Source: Octopus bimaculoides
Taxonomy: Eukaryota
DNA length: 63,291 nt
Assembly: GCF_001194135.2 (NCBI RefSeq)
Contig: NC_068987.1
Location: 35,650,149 to 35,713,439 of the forward strand
Direction of reading: 5' to 3'
The notes under the pieces are model-generated. The model did no database searches. It saw only the letters and a program-made list of their open reading frames with translations, and was not told where the DNA came from. Every line of letters begins with the position of its first letter. Within the stretch, counting starts at the first letter, position 1. Shown here in pieces: positions 49,444-61,134 of the stretch. The translations under genes and the position numbers were made by a program.

Positions 49444-52093
49444 CGCATGTGCGAATCAGAGTGGTTCCTCGAGCCATAGTGACAACACAGATAACGGTAG
49501 CTTTGTTGTGAATTAAGTCTACAAAGAGATATTAGCAGCACAGCCTGAAGATAGGAGAGATTTGTTTATGTGGCACAGCGGGGGTGCGTTACTTGTTTGT
49601 TATTGTTATTTTTCACTAATAAGGTATCTCCACTGGTCTCGAGGTAATTTTGTTCGCCTTTGGTTGCGTTGGTTTAGTTGGAAATTCTTGGGGGGCGTAT
49701 CCCGCAACGTAAGATTTTTTTCTAATGAGATTTTTTTTTTTTACTGAAGACTTTCGTAATTGGATTTTTGTTCCTGTTAATGGATAGTCAGGTTAATTAT
49801 ACAGCGGACACCAGATTTTTAAGGATAAAAGTATTTGGATATCGTGGATTACCTATATCGAATTACCCAGGCCTGGACAGGAGTTCGAATAGGCCAGAGG
49901 ATAGTGGACATTTTAACTGTGTATTTTTCTTTTTTGTAATGACAACACAGCTAAAAAATAGCTCTGTTGTGGATTAAGTTTACGAAAAGATACTAGCAGC
50001 ACAGCCTGAAGGTAGGAGGAATTTTGTTTCTGGGACACATTGGAGATGTGTTGCTTGTAGTTTATTATTATTTTTCACTAAGATACCTCCACTGGTCTCG
50101 GGGTGATTTTGTTCGCCCTCGGTTGCCTTGGTTTTGTTGAAAAGTTCCTGGGGGCGTATCACGCGACGCAGGAATTTTTGTTAACGAAAATATTTAATTG
50201 AAGACTTTTGTAACTAGATTGTTGTCTGTTTATGGACAATCAAGTACTGACTGCTGTTAATTATACAGTGAACATCTGATTTTGTGGAAAAATAATTTGG
50301 ATATTGGGGATTACGTATATTGGATTACCCAGGATGGGCCAAGAGTTTGAATAGTCCCGAGGAAAGTGGACATATAACTGTGCATTTTTTTACTGCTCTT
50401 CTTGCATTTTTGTTTTAATTTTTTCTACAGTTAACTGTGAACATGGAAAGAAAAAATAATAATAACACTATGTTGGAGTGGGAGATCAACCCGCCCAAAG
50501 AATGGGTAAATGATTTGAAAGAGAGGACAGTGGTTCTGAGGACTTATTCAAGGTCCTTGGACAACATTGTCCCCTTTTCCAGAGCACAGATAGAAGAAGA
50601 GTTGGCGGAATATATACCGATAATAAGGCATATTGCTAGGGTTCCCTAATATGCAATTGTATAGTTGCTGTTCGAGACCCCGGAGATGGCGTGTAAATTC
50701 GCCAGTCAGCCCCCTGGAAGCGGAAAGAATTGTGTTCCTCCCCTAATATTGTGGGAGAAAATGCAAGCATGCGTGGGTGTGTGGGTTGCCGTCAGGGGTT
50801 AAGCCCGACTGGATAGCAGAAACTGTCCTACGGGGACTTGGTAGCAGTAAGGACAACAAATTGTTAAATGTAAACATGTCGCCAGCGGCTGATTGGGTCT
50901 GTGCTGAAGCCGTGCTGATTGTGTGACCGAGTCAGCTGCTGACAGTTTGCCTATTCCAGATTACTTGACTATGGCTGGATCCAGGTATACTGTGCTCCTT
51001 GAGGGACGCCCCTCGCCCAAGTGTCGCGGATGCCTGAGCCCGGTCATATAATGAAGGATTGTCGCCGGGACCAGAGAGAGGCCCAGGAGCAGNNNNNNNN
51101 NNNNNNNNNNNNNNNNNNNNNNNNNNNNNNNNNNNNNNNNNNNNNNNNNNNNNNNNNNNNNNNNNNNNNNNNNNNNNNNNNNNNNNNNNNNNNNNNNNNN
51201 NNNNNNNNNNNNNNNNNNNNNNNNNNNNNNNNNNNNNNNNNNNNNNNNNNNNNNNNNNNNNNNNNNNNNNNNNNNNNNNNNNNNNNNNNNNNNNNNNNNN
51301 NNNNNNNNNNNNNNNNNNNNNNNNNNNNNNNNNNNNNNNNNNNNNNNNNNNNNNNNNNNNNNNNNNNNNNNNNNNNNNNNNNNNNNNNNNNNNNNNNNNN
51401 NNNNNNNNNNNNNNNNNNNNNNNNNNNNNNNNNNNNNNNNNNNNNNNNNNNNNNNNNNNNNNNNNNNNNNNNNNNNNNNNNNNNNNNNNNNNNNNNNNNN
51501 NNNNNNNNNNNNNNNNNNNNNNNNNNNNNNNNNNNNNNNNNNNNNNNNNNNNNNNNNNNNNNNNNNNNNNNNNNNNNNNNNNNNNNNNNNNNNNNNNNNN
51601 NNNNNNNNNNNNNNNNNNNNNNNNNNNNNNNNNNNNNNNNNNNNNNNNNNNNNNNNNNNNNNNNNNNNNNNNNNNNNNNNNNNNNNNNNNNNNNNNNNNN
51701 NNNNNNNNNNNNNNNNNNNNNNNNNNNNNNNNNNNNNNNNNNNNNNNNNNNNNNNNNNNAGGTATGATCACAAGCGATGTTGGGGAGGAATATCGATAAA
51801 AAGTTGAAGAGCCTCAATGTTATGAATTGAGGAAGGGTTTGAAACCATATTTTGTTTAAAACAAAGAGGCGTAATGCCTCCTTTTTTAGCAATGAACATA
51901 ACGAACAGTGTAAGAGGCTTGTTGCCTCACATATAAAAGAACAAAGTTTTCGGGGATCCGAGAGTCGGCGGGCGCTGTTTTTCCTCCCATTTATTCATTA
52001 ATCATCACTTTTTTCACATAACATTATGTCCAGCGCGCAGCTTCCCTTTTTCTGTATAAGGCCTTTATGGCCAATCTTTATGAAATAAAGAAG
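49444..52093 (+). mobile_element. L1/Tx1-derived element E2: duplicated 5' UTR, ORF1 from 50443 with zinc knuckle, gap and 3' UTR
   Basis: MLEWEINPPKEWVNDLKERTVVLRTYSRSL..; IPDYLTMAGSRYTVLLEGRPSPKCRGCL/PGHIMKDC (frameshifted CCHC). The 3' UTR is homologous to E1. Gap at 51093-51759. Confidence 0.8.
49480..50399 (+). repeat. Tandem duplication of a ~460-bp 5' UTR monomer
   Basis: Units start tgacaacacag at 49480 and 49940 and are collinear throughout. Confidence 0.92.
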
Positions 52094-52189
52094 CTCGCTC
52101 CCCAGCAACATGGCCCCAGGTTCAGTCCCACCACGTAGCACCATGGTCCAGTGGATTTGGTAGAGGGAAACTGAAAGAAGCCCATCGTA
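52094..52189 (+). mobile_element. tRNA-derived SINE family D lacking its 5' head and central part
   Basis: B-box-like ggttcagtccc and 3' gtggatttggtagagggaaactgaaagaagcccatcg followed by (TA)/(CA)n; family recognised from memory. Confidence 0.7.
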
Positions 52190-52250
52190 CATATATATAT
52201 ACGCACATCTCTGTGTATACACACACACTCTCAAACACACATGCACACAC

Positions 52251-52285
<35 letters not shown>

Positions 52286-52804
52286 AATGTGTAAGTATCT
52301 GTAATTCATTTTGTACTTATAATTCTACATTTTACGGTGCTCTATTCTTGCTGGATTGTAATAATATTTATTTTTAATAATATTTTTACCTATTGCATAT
52401 CTTTTCGCTGATGAGAATATCAACCGAATAAATAAGCTGAGACGTAGTGAATATTTTTTTGGAAATTTTCGTCATTAACGGTACGTTCAACTGAAGAATG
52501 CCAATCGGATTCATTCCTACTCAATACGAAAAGTCAGAACTGCAGTATTGAATTATCCTTCATTTCCTAAAATGCCTTCAGCGAGGCAAGGCAGAATTTT
52601 CGTTTATTCACCGCCCACACACATCTCAGCCTGTGAACACTCAGTGAAATTCTACATAGCGCCGATATCTTACCGGCTGCTATTTCTTGCGATGATAATA
52701 CTTCGTGCATATTCGCTATGTAATTATAATTCTAACTTTTATGGCTCTTTATTCTTCCTTGATTCTGATATAATTATTTTTTCATATTCTTTATATCTCT
52801 TGTA

Positions 52805-52850
52805 TATGTGTGTATTTGTGTGTGTGTGTGTGTGCGTGTGTGTGTGTGTG

Positions 52851-52898
<48 letters not shown>

Positions 52899-52925
52899 CA
52901 GGCAGGCAGGTAGGTAGGTAGGTAT
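52805..52925 (+). repeat. (GT)n plus (GGCA/GGTA)n microsatellite
   Basis: Direct reading of the sequence. Confidence 0.95.
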
Positions 52926-54149
52926 CTACGTATGTGATTCATTGATATATATATTTATATCGATAAATAAGAAATTGATTTCTTTTTTAAGCACATGCAA
53001 TGTATGACTGTATCTTTCAAAAGACCTCTAAGACATATTTTTTTAATAATTACCTAATTGTAATGCTAAAAGGCTTTCTTTAATGACCTGCGTCTACGTT
53101 TTTTTAGCTTTAAGCTTTATTGGCAATATATCGATTGTTTTAATAAATATAAACTTCTAGAGATTCAAATTTACACACCACTCTGATTATAAATACAACA
53201 TGCGAAAAAATAAACTAACATTTAGCAATCAAAGCCTTGACATCTACATTCAGCTTAAAATCTGAATGAAATAATTAATCGAGTAACTTCAGTTATTATA
53301 AGATTCTTTAAATGCTCCCTCGAATCCACCCAAGCAGGTGCATCAAAAGACACATGCTGGAAAACATATGTTTAGGAAAATATTGAAAAAATATGAAAAG
53401 TGTCTGTACTTACTGAAATGAAGAGCAAATCTTAATCAAATCAAAGAGATATATACTAGAGAAATATAATAAATCAAGATGAACCACAGAGATTCGTACT
53501 GTTTTGTAAAGAATACAGCACCATGGAAAATTCCGTGGTGATGTATTCTTCGGACAAAACAAGCAGCTTTAGATTAATCGTAAACAATTTTTATCCGGAA
53601 AAGGGTTAAGAATAAAATTGAAATTGATGCAGAACCAAGAGAAGAGATACTAATCAATACTCCAGCTGACGCAGTGAAAATAATTTTTGTAATTTTCAGA
53701 ATTGGATGCTCCAACAACTAAAACTATGGGTGAGGGAAATAAAGGAAACAAGTTTCAAATGCACCACTCGGAATGTGATAGAGAATAATTATGTTTATGT
53801 GGGACACAATATGTTAGAGACAGTATTCAATTAGAAAAAATTATTACAAAATACGCATCGTAGGTTTGTAAATATATCTAGTGAAAATTATTCATGAACG
53901 ATATGAAGCCTGAAAAACCAAATATTTTCTGATTTCTTGTCGGCTAACAAATGCAAAATAAAGTCTGCGATAACAAATGACAATTGAGCCTACAGAAAGT
54001 CATGATGAAATGATGTTAAGAACAGCCAGAATTTGGCCAGTACTAGAGAGAGCTGAAAAAGACAACATGAAAAATTCTGCTTTGTTTGAAAAAGGGAGGA
54101 ATTAAACAGAAGTTGATGTGTTTTTTTGTTGTTTTTTTTACTGCGAAAC

Positions 54150-54450
54150 AGAAAAGAACGACATCACCAGAAACCACAATGGGAGTGGGGTGTAATATGA
54201 TTATTGATGAAGGTCTAAGAATGGGAAAGAACACACTAATGACGTTGGCACTGGCGACCCAAGTAGAGCTAAGTAAAGCTGTTTGTTAGAATTTGGGGTA
54301 TTCAAGCACAATGAATACAGAGAAATAACAGACAGTACTAGCAAGAACGAGAAAAGTTCACTCAAAACTGCAAAGAATTCTTGCTCTGAAATATGCCAAA
54401 AACACACAACGTGGGAGTTTAAGGAAAATCTACCAGATAGTTTTCTTTTT
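54150..54450 (+). pseudogene. Possible highly decayed Tc1-like transposase fragment
   Basis: LATQVELSKAVC*NLGY..ARTRKVHSKLQRILALKYAK loosely resembles the Tc1 HTH-linker region. Confidence 0.25.
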
Positions 54451-55033
54451 TATCATTTGTAAAGATCTATTTACGATTCGGTGAACGTGTCATGTTCATA
54501 TAAGTCCCAAAGAAACTTAATTACTAATAAAAGGGGTGGAAAAATATCTCTAGCTATGAAAACATAAACAATCTCTATAATAGTAGGCGATTTCGCAATG
54601 ATGGAAAACAAATAAATAATTGCCAAACAAGGAACAGGACACGTATGTGTACATAATATAGAAAATAGCGCTAATTGATATTAAACACGTCACACAGGGC
54701 AGTCTCAATACAATAACAACACCAAAAGTAAAGCAAAACACTGCACATATCCAATTCATATATAACTGCACTTCCTAGTGCAGGATAAAAATAGCCAGGC
54801 TATATAAAAAAATGCGATAAATGAAAAGCTACTTTGAATAAAACCATATGAAAGCGAATATATTGGTGTAATTAAGATATAACGTTATATGCGTGAATAC
54901 TATGATAAGATGATAAACAGAACAGAGATAATAGTAGAAATTCAAAGCAGGAATGTGAAAGTATATGCGTATGCTGAAAACAAAACAAGGTGCCGTAGTA
55001 TAGCTAAATGTTTGAGACGCAAACTGAAAAATA

Positions 55034-55735
55034 CGTGGTCTGATCAATAAGTATCCGAACTGTTGCTATAGTAATGAAGCTAAAGCACGCAGTGGACTTT
55101 GGACTATGTTGTGCATGCGCACTGTGTTTTAACGTTCTAGCGCACTTCTCCTGTTTAAAGCAATGCTTCGAAGAAAGGTGTGTAGCTTGTGATCATCCTA
55201 TTGAAAATGACAGAGAATGTTGAGCACCTGCATCAGACTTTAGCAAATGCTTGGCAATGCCTGCTCAGAGGCCTACGCAAAGTTTTCAAAACGTTTACAT
55301 CATTCTCCACAAAATTAAGGGGATCTTATACAACTGAAATCCGAATGCTTTCTTGGTCTGATGAAAGCAGTTTTTGCACAAACATGGCAGAGCCGCGTCT
55401 CATACCCAAATCTTCAGTGATAATGGACTGAACTGAACCATAACTAATCTGCATATCCTTTGATAACTCACAGAAGATGATTCAACAATTTCTCTTCAGA
55501 GCTGCATACACATCTGCGATGTTATTCTCTCTACTGCACGTTGCAGGTCTCCGAGAACGTTCGTGAATATCGACATTTTGTCGGTCATCTTGGAAATGCC
55601 TGAACCACTCTCACACTTGTGTGCGGCTCGTATACTCAGCAGAGTTCAAGGTCAATCTGTGCCAAGCTGATTCACCCTGTGTGCTTTAGCTTCGTTACTA
55701 TGGTAACAGTCCGGATACGTATTGATCAGATCTCG
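55034..55735. mobile_element. Mariner-derived element with two inverted 5' ends, ~60-bp TIRs and TA TSD
   Basis: TA|cgtggtctgatcaataagtatccgaac ... ccggatacgtattgatcagatctcg|TA. The plus arm encodes MTENVEH. The minus arm encodes EWFRHFQDDRQNVD..ERSRRP..SYGSVQSIITEDLGMR. Confidence 0.9.
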
Positions 55736-56587
55736 TAAGGAATGAAAAGAAGGAACAGAAAACTAAATGTAGGCATGATGTATTACATCTCCAGTTTAAC
55801 AGCTCATTTATACATTAACATACAAAATATTATTGACATATATTTCCAAGTTCTCTCAATTCATTTAGAAGAATGCATGTTACTCAAAGTATTCACACCG
55901 TAATTAGCTGTTCGCTGTCATTGACTATGAAGCCTTCCTGAAGGGCTAAAATGCTACAAGCTCTTCAATTCACATAATCTCAAGTTTAGCTACTCCTGTT
56001 TAGATGATCTGTCTTCTAACACTGAATACTATAAGACATGCAAACATGCACCTGCATGACGGCCAATTACTTTAAGGGGAGTTTCGCGTAGTATATACAT
56101 TCGCTTAAGTGCAAGTATAGAGAGAATTCCACCAATGTCTCCCGTTTTCTCCGAAGACTCCATGACTACGGAACGAAACCCCCATCATAGGCTGTCATCT
56201 CCTGCCCGCAATGGCTAGCTCTGCCTCAGCGAAACACATTCTCTGCCGACATGGAGTATTCATCTGTTGATAAATAAATACTTAATAGGACTTAATAAGA
56301 ATTATTTGCTGAAAGATACACATAAAATTTCGGTGGAACCGAGGAGATTGTTGCTGCTTAGGCTGCCTTTTAAGACAAGGTACTAGATCAAATATCTGCT
56401 GACTTTCATCTCCAGTCTGTCCACTGAGATCATACAGCGATATTGGTCATAGTGACACAATAGCCCTGGATGAATTATTATGCTAGATATGCAAACTATT
56501 GAAGCTATCGATCAACCCAGATTTGTCAAAGTTCATGAACCACTTACCAGTTGCTGCGTTTTCTTTTTGGCTGGTGTATCAATTCAG

Positions 56588-56722
56588 CTGCAGTCAAAGA
56601 ATTTGCCAATTTATTTGACTACTTGTCCAGCCAGAGTCGTGATGTTATTACTTGCCTCTCTTCAGCACAGGACATCGATTTCGATGATGAAATGCGCTTC
56701 GTTGACCGGAAATATGTACCAG
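56588..56722 (+). CDS. Candidate coding exon (135 nt, phase 1-1) of an unidentified gene, or a pseudogene relic
   Basis: caattcag|CT ... CCAG|gtttat; open frame AVKEFANLFDYLSSQSRDVITCLSSAQDIDFDDEMRFVDRKYVP. The length is a multiple of 3; the protein is not recognised. Confidence 0.4.
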
Positions 56723-57279
56723 GTTTATAGAACCATATGTAAATAAAAAAAAAACAATCTTCAATAATTTGTTCAAATAATTTGCAAAAATATATTTTCG
56801 TATTGTTCTCGATTTTATACTCACTTCAGCTGTCTCCTCGTATAAAATCTGTAGTATTTGAAAAAAACATAAAAGAGAGCACTGACTATTGATCTGTAGA
56901 AGGTGGCTTAGCAATCGTTATAGAAAATGTATTTTGCATTCGTTCTATTTCATTTAATTTCCTTCACATATATAGATTTAAATTCTAACTTGGCAGACTA
57001 CGTGTCTTCATATGATTGAAGGGATGTAGTATGTGAAAAGTAATAACATCACACAAAATCACGTAGGATAAGAAACAGTATAGACACAAACACACATACA
57101 CAAAAGCACGTACGCACAGACACACACGCACACACACGCACATACACACACAAACATATATATCATTGTTCCTTCATCAAAGAAATCGAAGTCGCATAAC
57201 CTATGGGGAAATGCCCAGATTTGGTGCTTAAAATACATACTGATAGTCCCATATAACTGCTAACGAAAAGGCACACAGA

Positions 57280-57288
57280 GCAACGTAT

Positions 57289-57331
<43 letters not shown>

Positions 57332-57490
57332 TGTGTGTTTGTGTCTTTCTGTCAGTGTGTGTGTATGTATGCATATATATATGTAAATATGTATATGTAT
57401 GTAAATATATATATATATATATATATATACATACATACATATATATATNNNNNNNNNNNNNNNNNNNNNNNNNTATATATATATATATAT
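57280..57490. repeat. (GT)n/(TA)n block with short gap 57449-57473
   Basis: Direct reading of the sequence. Confidence 0.95.
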
Positions 57491-59745
57491 TTATTTACTG
57501 AAGAGGATGACTGAAGTGTACACCACGGCAGGTTTGTGTTAATTACCTTCCTATGTCCTCCATTTTCCCTACCTTTATTACAACGCCGTAGTATGCTATA
57601 CCCCGACTGAGCACGTTAAGCCTGCGCAAACCCCTGCATACATGTATGTTAATTTCCATGGCTCATTGCTGTTTAATTACTCGTTCGATAGATAATTTTA
57701 AATTACTGCTCCGAACGTTTTGGCTGCACCTCACTTCATATACGCAGGCATCCTGAAATTTAGTTTTACTCTATGTTTTAGTGCTTCCACTGGCAAGCGC
57801 CTAGTTATTTGTTTTTATGGACAAAATATATATGATGTGATCGTGATGTTGTCGATAATATTGTCTAGCTCCAGATCACACCTCATCCAGGTCACACCTC
57901 AACAAAGCCATTGTAGCAGGGAGGAAACCATATTTTTTTTCACGCATAACGTAATCCGGACGCTATTGTTATATTGTGACCTCTTTCTAAAAACTAAACT
58001 GACATTTTAGTATTGGTATTGATATTGGTATTGGTGTACAGATTAGATTCTGCATGGAGTTGCTTGTAGTGGCATTTGAGATAATTATTATCAAAGACGT
58101 ATTGGAAAGGAAGTAAACTCTTGTGGAATTTGCTATTACCCCTCCACTGGAATTACTACTGTTCCTACTTGTCATAATACTGGAAGAGACGGTATAGGTT
58201 CTTTGATCATCAGTGATATCTTGTTCTGCGACAATATTAAAACAAATTTTCCTTGCCGATTTACAACTATCACCACTTCAAATACGGTTATATTTGCTTG
58301 CCATCACTTTTTTTATTGTAATCTCTTTTGGTACAATATTTATTTGTACTTTGTCTTGCATGGAGGAAAATGTTTTCCAAGCTTTAAGCAACAGGCTCAC
58401 CCCATTTAAATGGACAGACATGAAACGAAGCATCTCTCACCACACACACACACACATACACACACACTGCAGACAAAATATTCTGCCATGATGAGCTCTG
58501 AAAAATAAAGTGTAATAAAATTTAGTCGGGGGAAGTAAAACAAAAAAAAAAAGAATTTGTACAAAACAATAGAGCGATAACATATATGACATTTCAGGCT
58601 GCAAATATTACATTAATGATAACAATAAAAGAAGAGAAGTTATCGTGATGTTTTATGAGCATACGTCTTTTTTCCTCTTTTACTCATTTATTTGTTCCTT
58701 GATTTCGTTTTTCTCCTTACTTCTAAATTAATATCTATTTTGTAAAGCCGAGTACTGCTAAAACGGAAATTAAATGGGAAAATAAGGTGACACATTACAG
58801 ACGCTATCGTTGAAATCGTTGCGTGTTTAACTGGCTGTCAAAGATAAAAATCGAATGTGAGATCGGTGATAGAAAATAAAGAATGATTCCAGTAAAATAG
58901 ACGGACATTGTCAGCTTGCTACGTTGGTGATTGATAAAGAAAAAATTATAAAGTTCAAAATACTGAAATGCTATCATGAACACATAATTATAGATGTTGA
59001 TACATATGTACACTCACACTTGCAAACACATGTACTCAAAAACAAACATACATATACAACCATAAACAAACAGACACAAGCATAAACATATTAAACATTA
59101 TTATTAATAACGATGTCAGGTATAGGAATAATAATGTGTTGAATGAAAACTAAAACTTACTATGAACGGCAAATATTAAATAGCAAACAACACACCAGAT
59201 GAGTGTAAAAGGAATAATAAATATCTCATATATAATAAACTCAATGTGTTTCACATTCCAGTCATGCTGGTAGAGGAGAATAGAGTGAGTGACAGTCTGA
59301 GATGCTAAATACAATTGAACAGTGGTAGGAGGTTTTGCTCTGCACCTGCTGGTATTTTAATCAACATGAACCTGCTAAATGTTATCATCAGTTATATTAA
59401 ATTTATCAATTTCATAGACCACATCCACATACACAAACATACATACGTTGTTTTCAATTCTTTTCAAAGTATTATCGATCACGAAATATTTATAAATAAT
59501 AGACATATACTTTCTTTTTCTTTTCTTTACTATTAATTCAATTTCAATTGTTTCCCTTCCTGACTTTAATCCTTATTCCTCTTTCCAGGTGAATGATATT
59601 TCACACGTATCTGAAGGGAAGTTGTTGACGTGAAGGTGTCGATAACACCGATTTCGGAATTTTTTCCCAAAATGAAACATGTGCGCGGGCATGCATGCAT
59701 GCAAACATGGATGTATATGTATATGCATAGGTATATAAATATATA

Positions 59746-60136
59746 GTGGAGGCGCAATGGCCGAGTGGTTAGGGCAGCGGACTCGCGGTCATAGGATCGC
59801 GGTTTCGATTCCCAGACCGTGCGATGTGAGTGTTTATTGAGCGAAAACACCTAAAGCTCCACGATGCTCCGGCAGGGGATGGTGGCAAAACCTGCTGTAC
59901 TCTTTCACCACAACTTTCTCTCACTCTTACTTCCTGTTTCTCTTGTGCCTATAATTCAAAGGGTCAGCCTTGTCACACTGTGTCACGCTGAACATTCCCG
60001 AGAACTACGTTAAGGGTACACGTGTCTGTGGAGTGCTCAGCCACTTGCACGTTAATTTCACGAGCAGGCTGTTCCGTTGATCGGATCGACTGGAACCCTC
60101 GACGTCGTAAGCGACGGAGTGCCAACAACAGCAACA
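59746..60136 (+). mobile_element. tRNA-derived SINE family A, full length
   Basis: A-box TGGCCGAGTGG, B-box-like GGTTTCGATTCC and (CAA) tail, inserted in TA-rich sequence; homologous to 2297-2666. Confidence 0.95.
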
Positions 60137-60215
60137 TATATATATATAAGTATATGTGTATGTAGTAGTATAAATAGATATACAGATAGAAAACAGACAC
60201 ACAAATACATAGAAA

Positions 60216-60216
60216 A

Positions 60217-60262
<46 letters not shown>
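60216..60262 (+). repeat. (ATAG)n microsatellite
   Basis: Direct reading of the sequence. Confidence 0.97.
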
Positions 60263-60479
60263 GGATAAATAGATCCAGAGATATACATGCCCCGTATGTA
60301 CACAGACAAGCAAACATCTACATACGCAGCAACGAGATGCTGTTATCGGCTCTTAATCATACGCCATCTTACACACGCGCAGAACTACACACATTCATAC
60401 TCGTAGCAGATACACATTTATAGGCACCAGACACACACATTCACGCACTCATACCTTTGATATATACACACACCCCTCG

Positions 60480-60910
60480 TGGACAATCTATTCGATATCG
60501 AGCAAATCCTGCTCAAAGATCAGTTCTGTAGATTATATTTACTAAGTTTGATAAATCTGTAAACACAAGGACCTGAAAATTAAAATACAAAAGAGAGGCC
60601 ATCTTAAACCACAAACTGTTGCTGTCTTCGTAGGTGCCCAAGGCATTATTAAAAATGGGATGTCAGAAGCATCTTGACAACATCCCTGAATAACCATGTC
60701 TCACAGAAATCCAAAAGATTGAACTTTTAATAACTGGCCACATCCTTAGAAATCCCTTATCAATTTAGATATTTCTATTCTATTATATGGAGATATTTTT
60801 CTACTGCTATCGCCACGCCAACTTCCCAAGCCTTGAGTCATATATCATCATGTCTTGCCCTCTATTTGTCCCGACAAGTGACTGTATGAAACATGTGGAT
60901 TAAAAGTAAA
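60480..60910 (+). mobile_element. 5'-truncated RLE LINE 3' fragment
   Basis: KHKDLKIKI..HLKPQTVAVFVGAQGII..LDNIP..TEIQKI..HILRNPLSI*; ends in (AAC/AAT)n. Confidence 0.8.
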
Positions 60911-61039
60911 TAACAACAACAACAATAATAAGAATTATTATTATATTTATTATTGTTGTTGTTGTTGTTGTAGTTGTTGTTGTCTTTGTTGTCAGCTGTT
61001 CGGGTATATGCGCGCGAGCACACACACACACACACACAG

Positions 61040-61076
<37 letters not shown>

Positions 61077-61134
61077 CGGACAGTAGAATATTCCATGAGA
61101 TACGAGTAAAGAGGAAGAATAAATCCCCAACATA

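Noticed and set aside
52406-52440. CTGATGA motif (also 35376-35391 minus, 36572)
   Set aside because: No stem II followed by GAAA; chance matches.
53700-53729. 30-nt micro-exon (ttttcag|...ATGG|gtgagg)
   Set aside because: Splice signals are plausible but it is too short to distinguish from chance and lies near a possible TE relic.
57987-58409. Overlapping open frames on both strands
   Set aside because: No recognisable domain or splice signals; each frame is low-complexity or interrupted.
59746-59820. Possible tRNA gene (also 42725-42800)
   Set aside because: A and B boxes are present but there is no closed cloverleaf, and the sequence continues into a SINE body.
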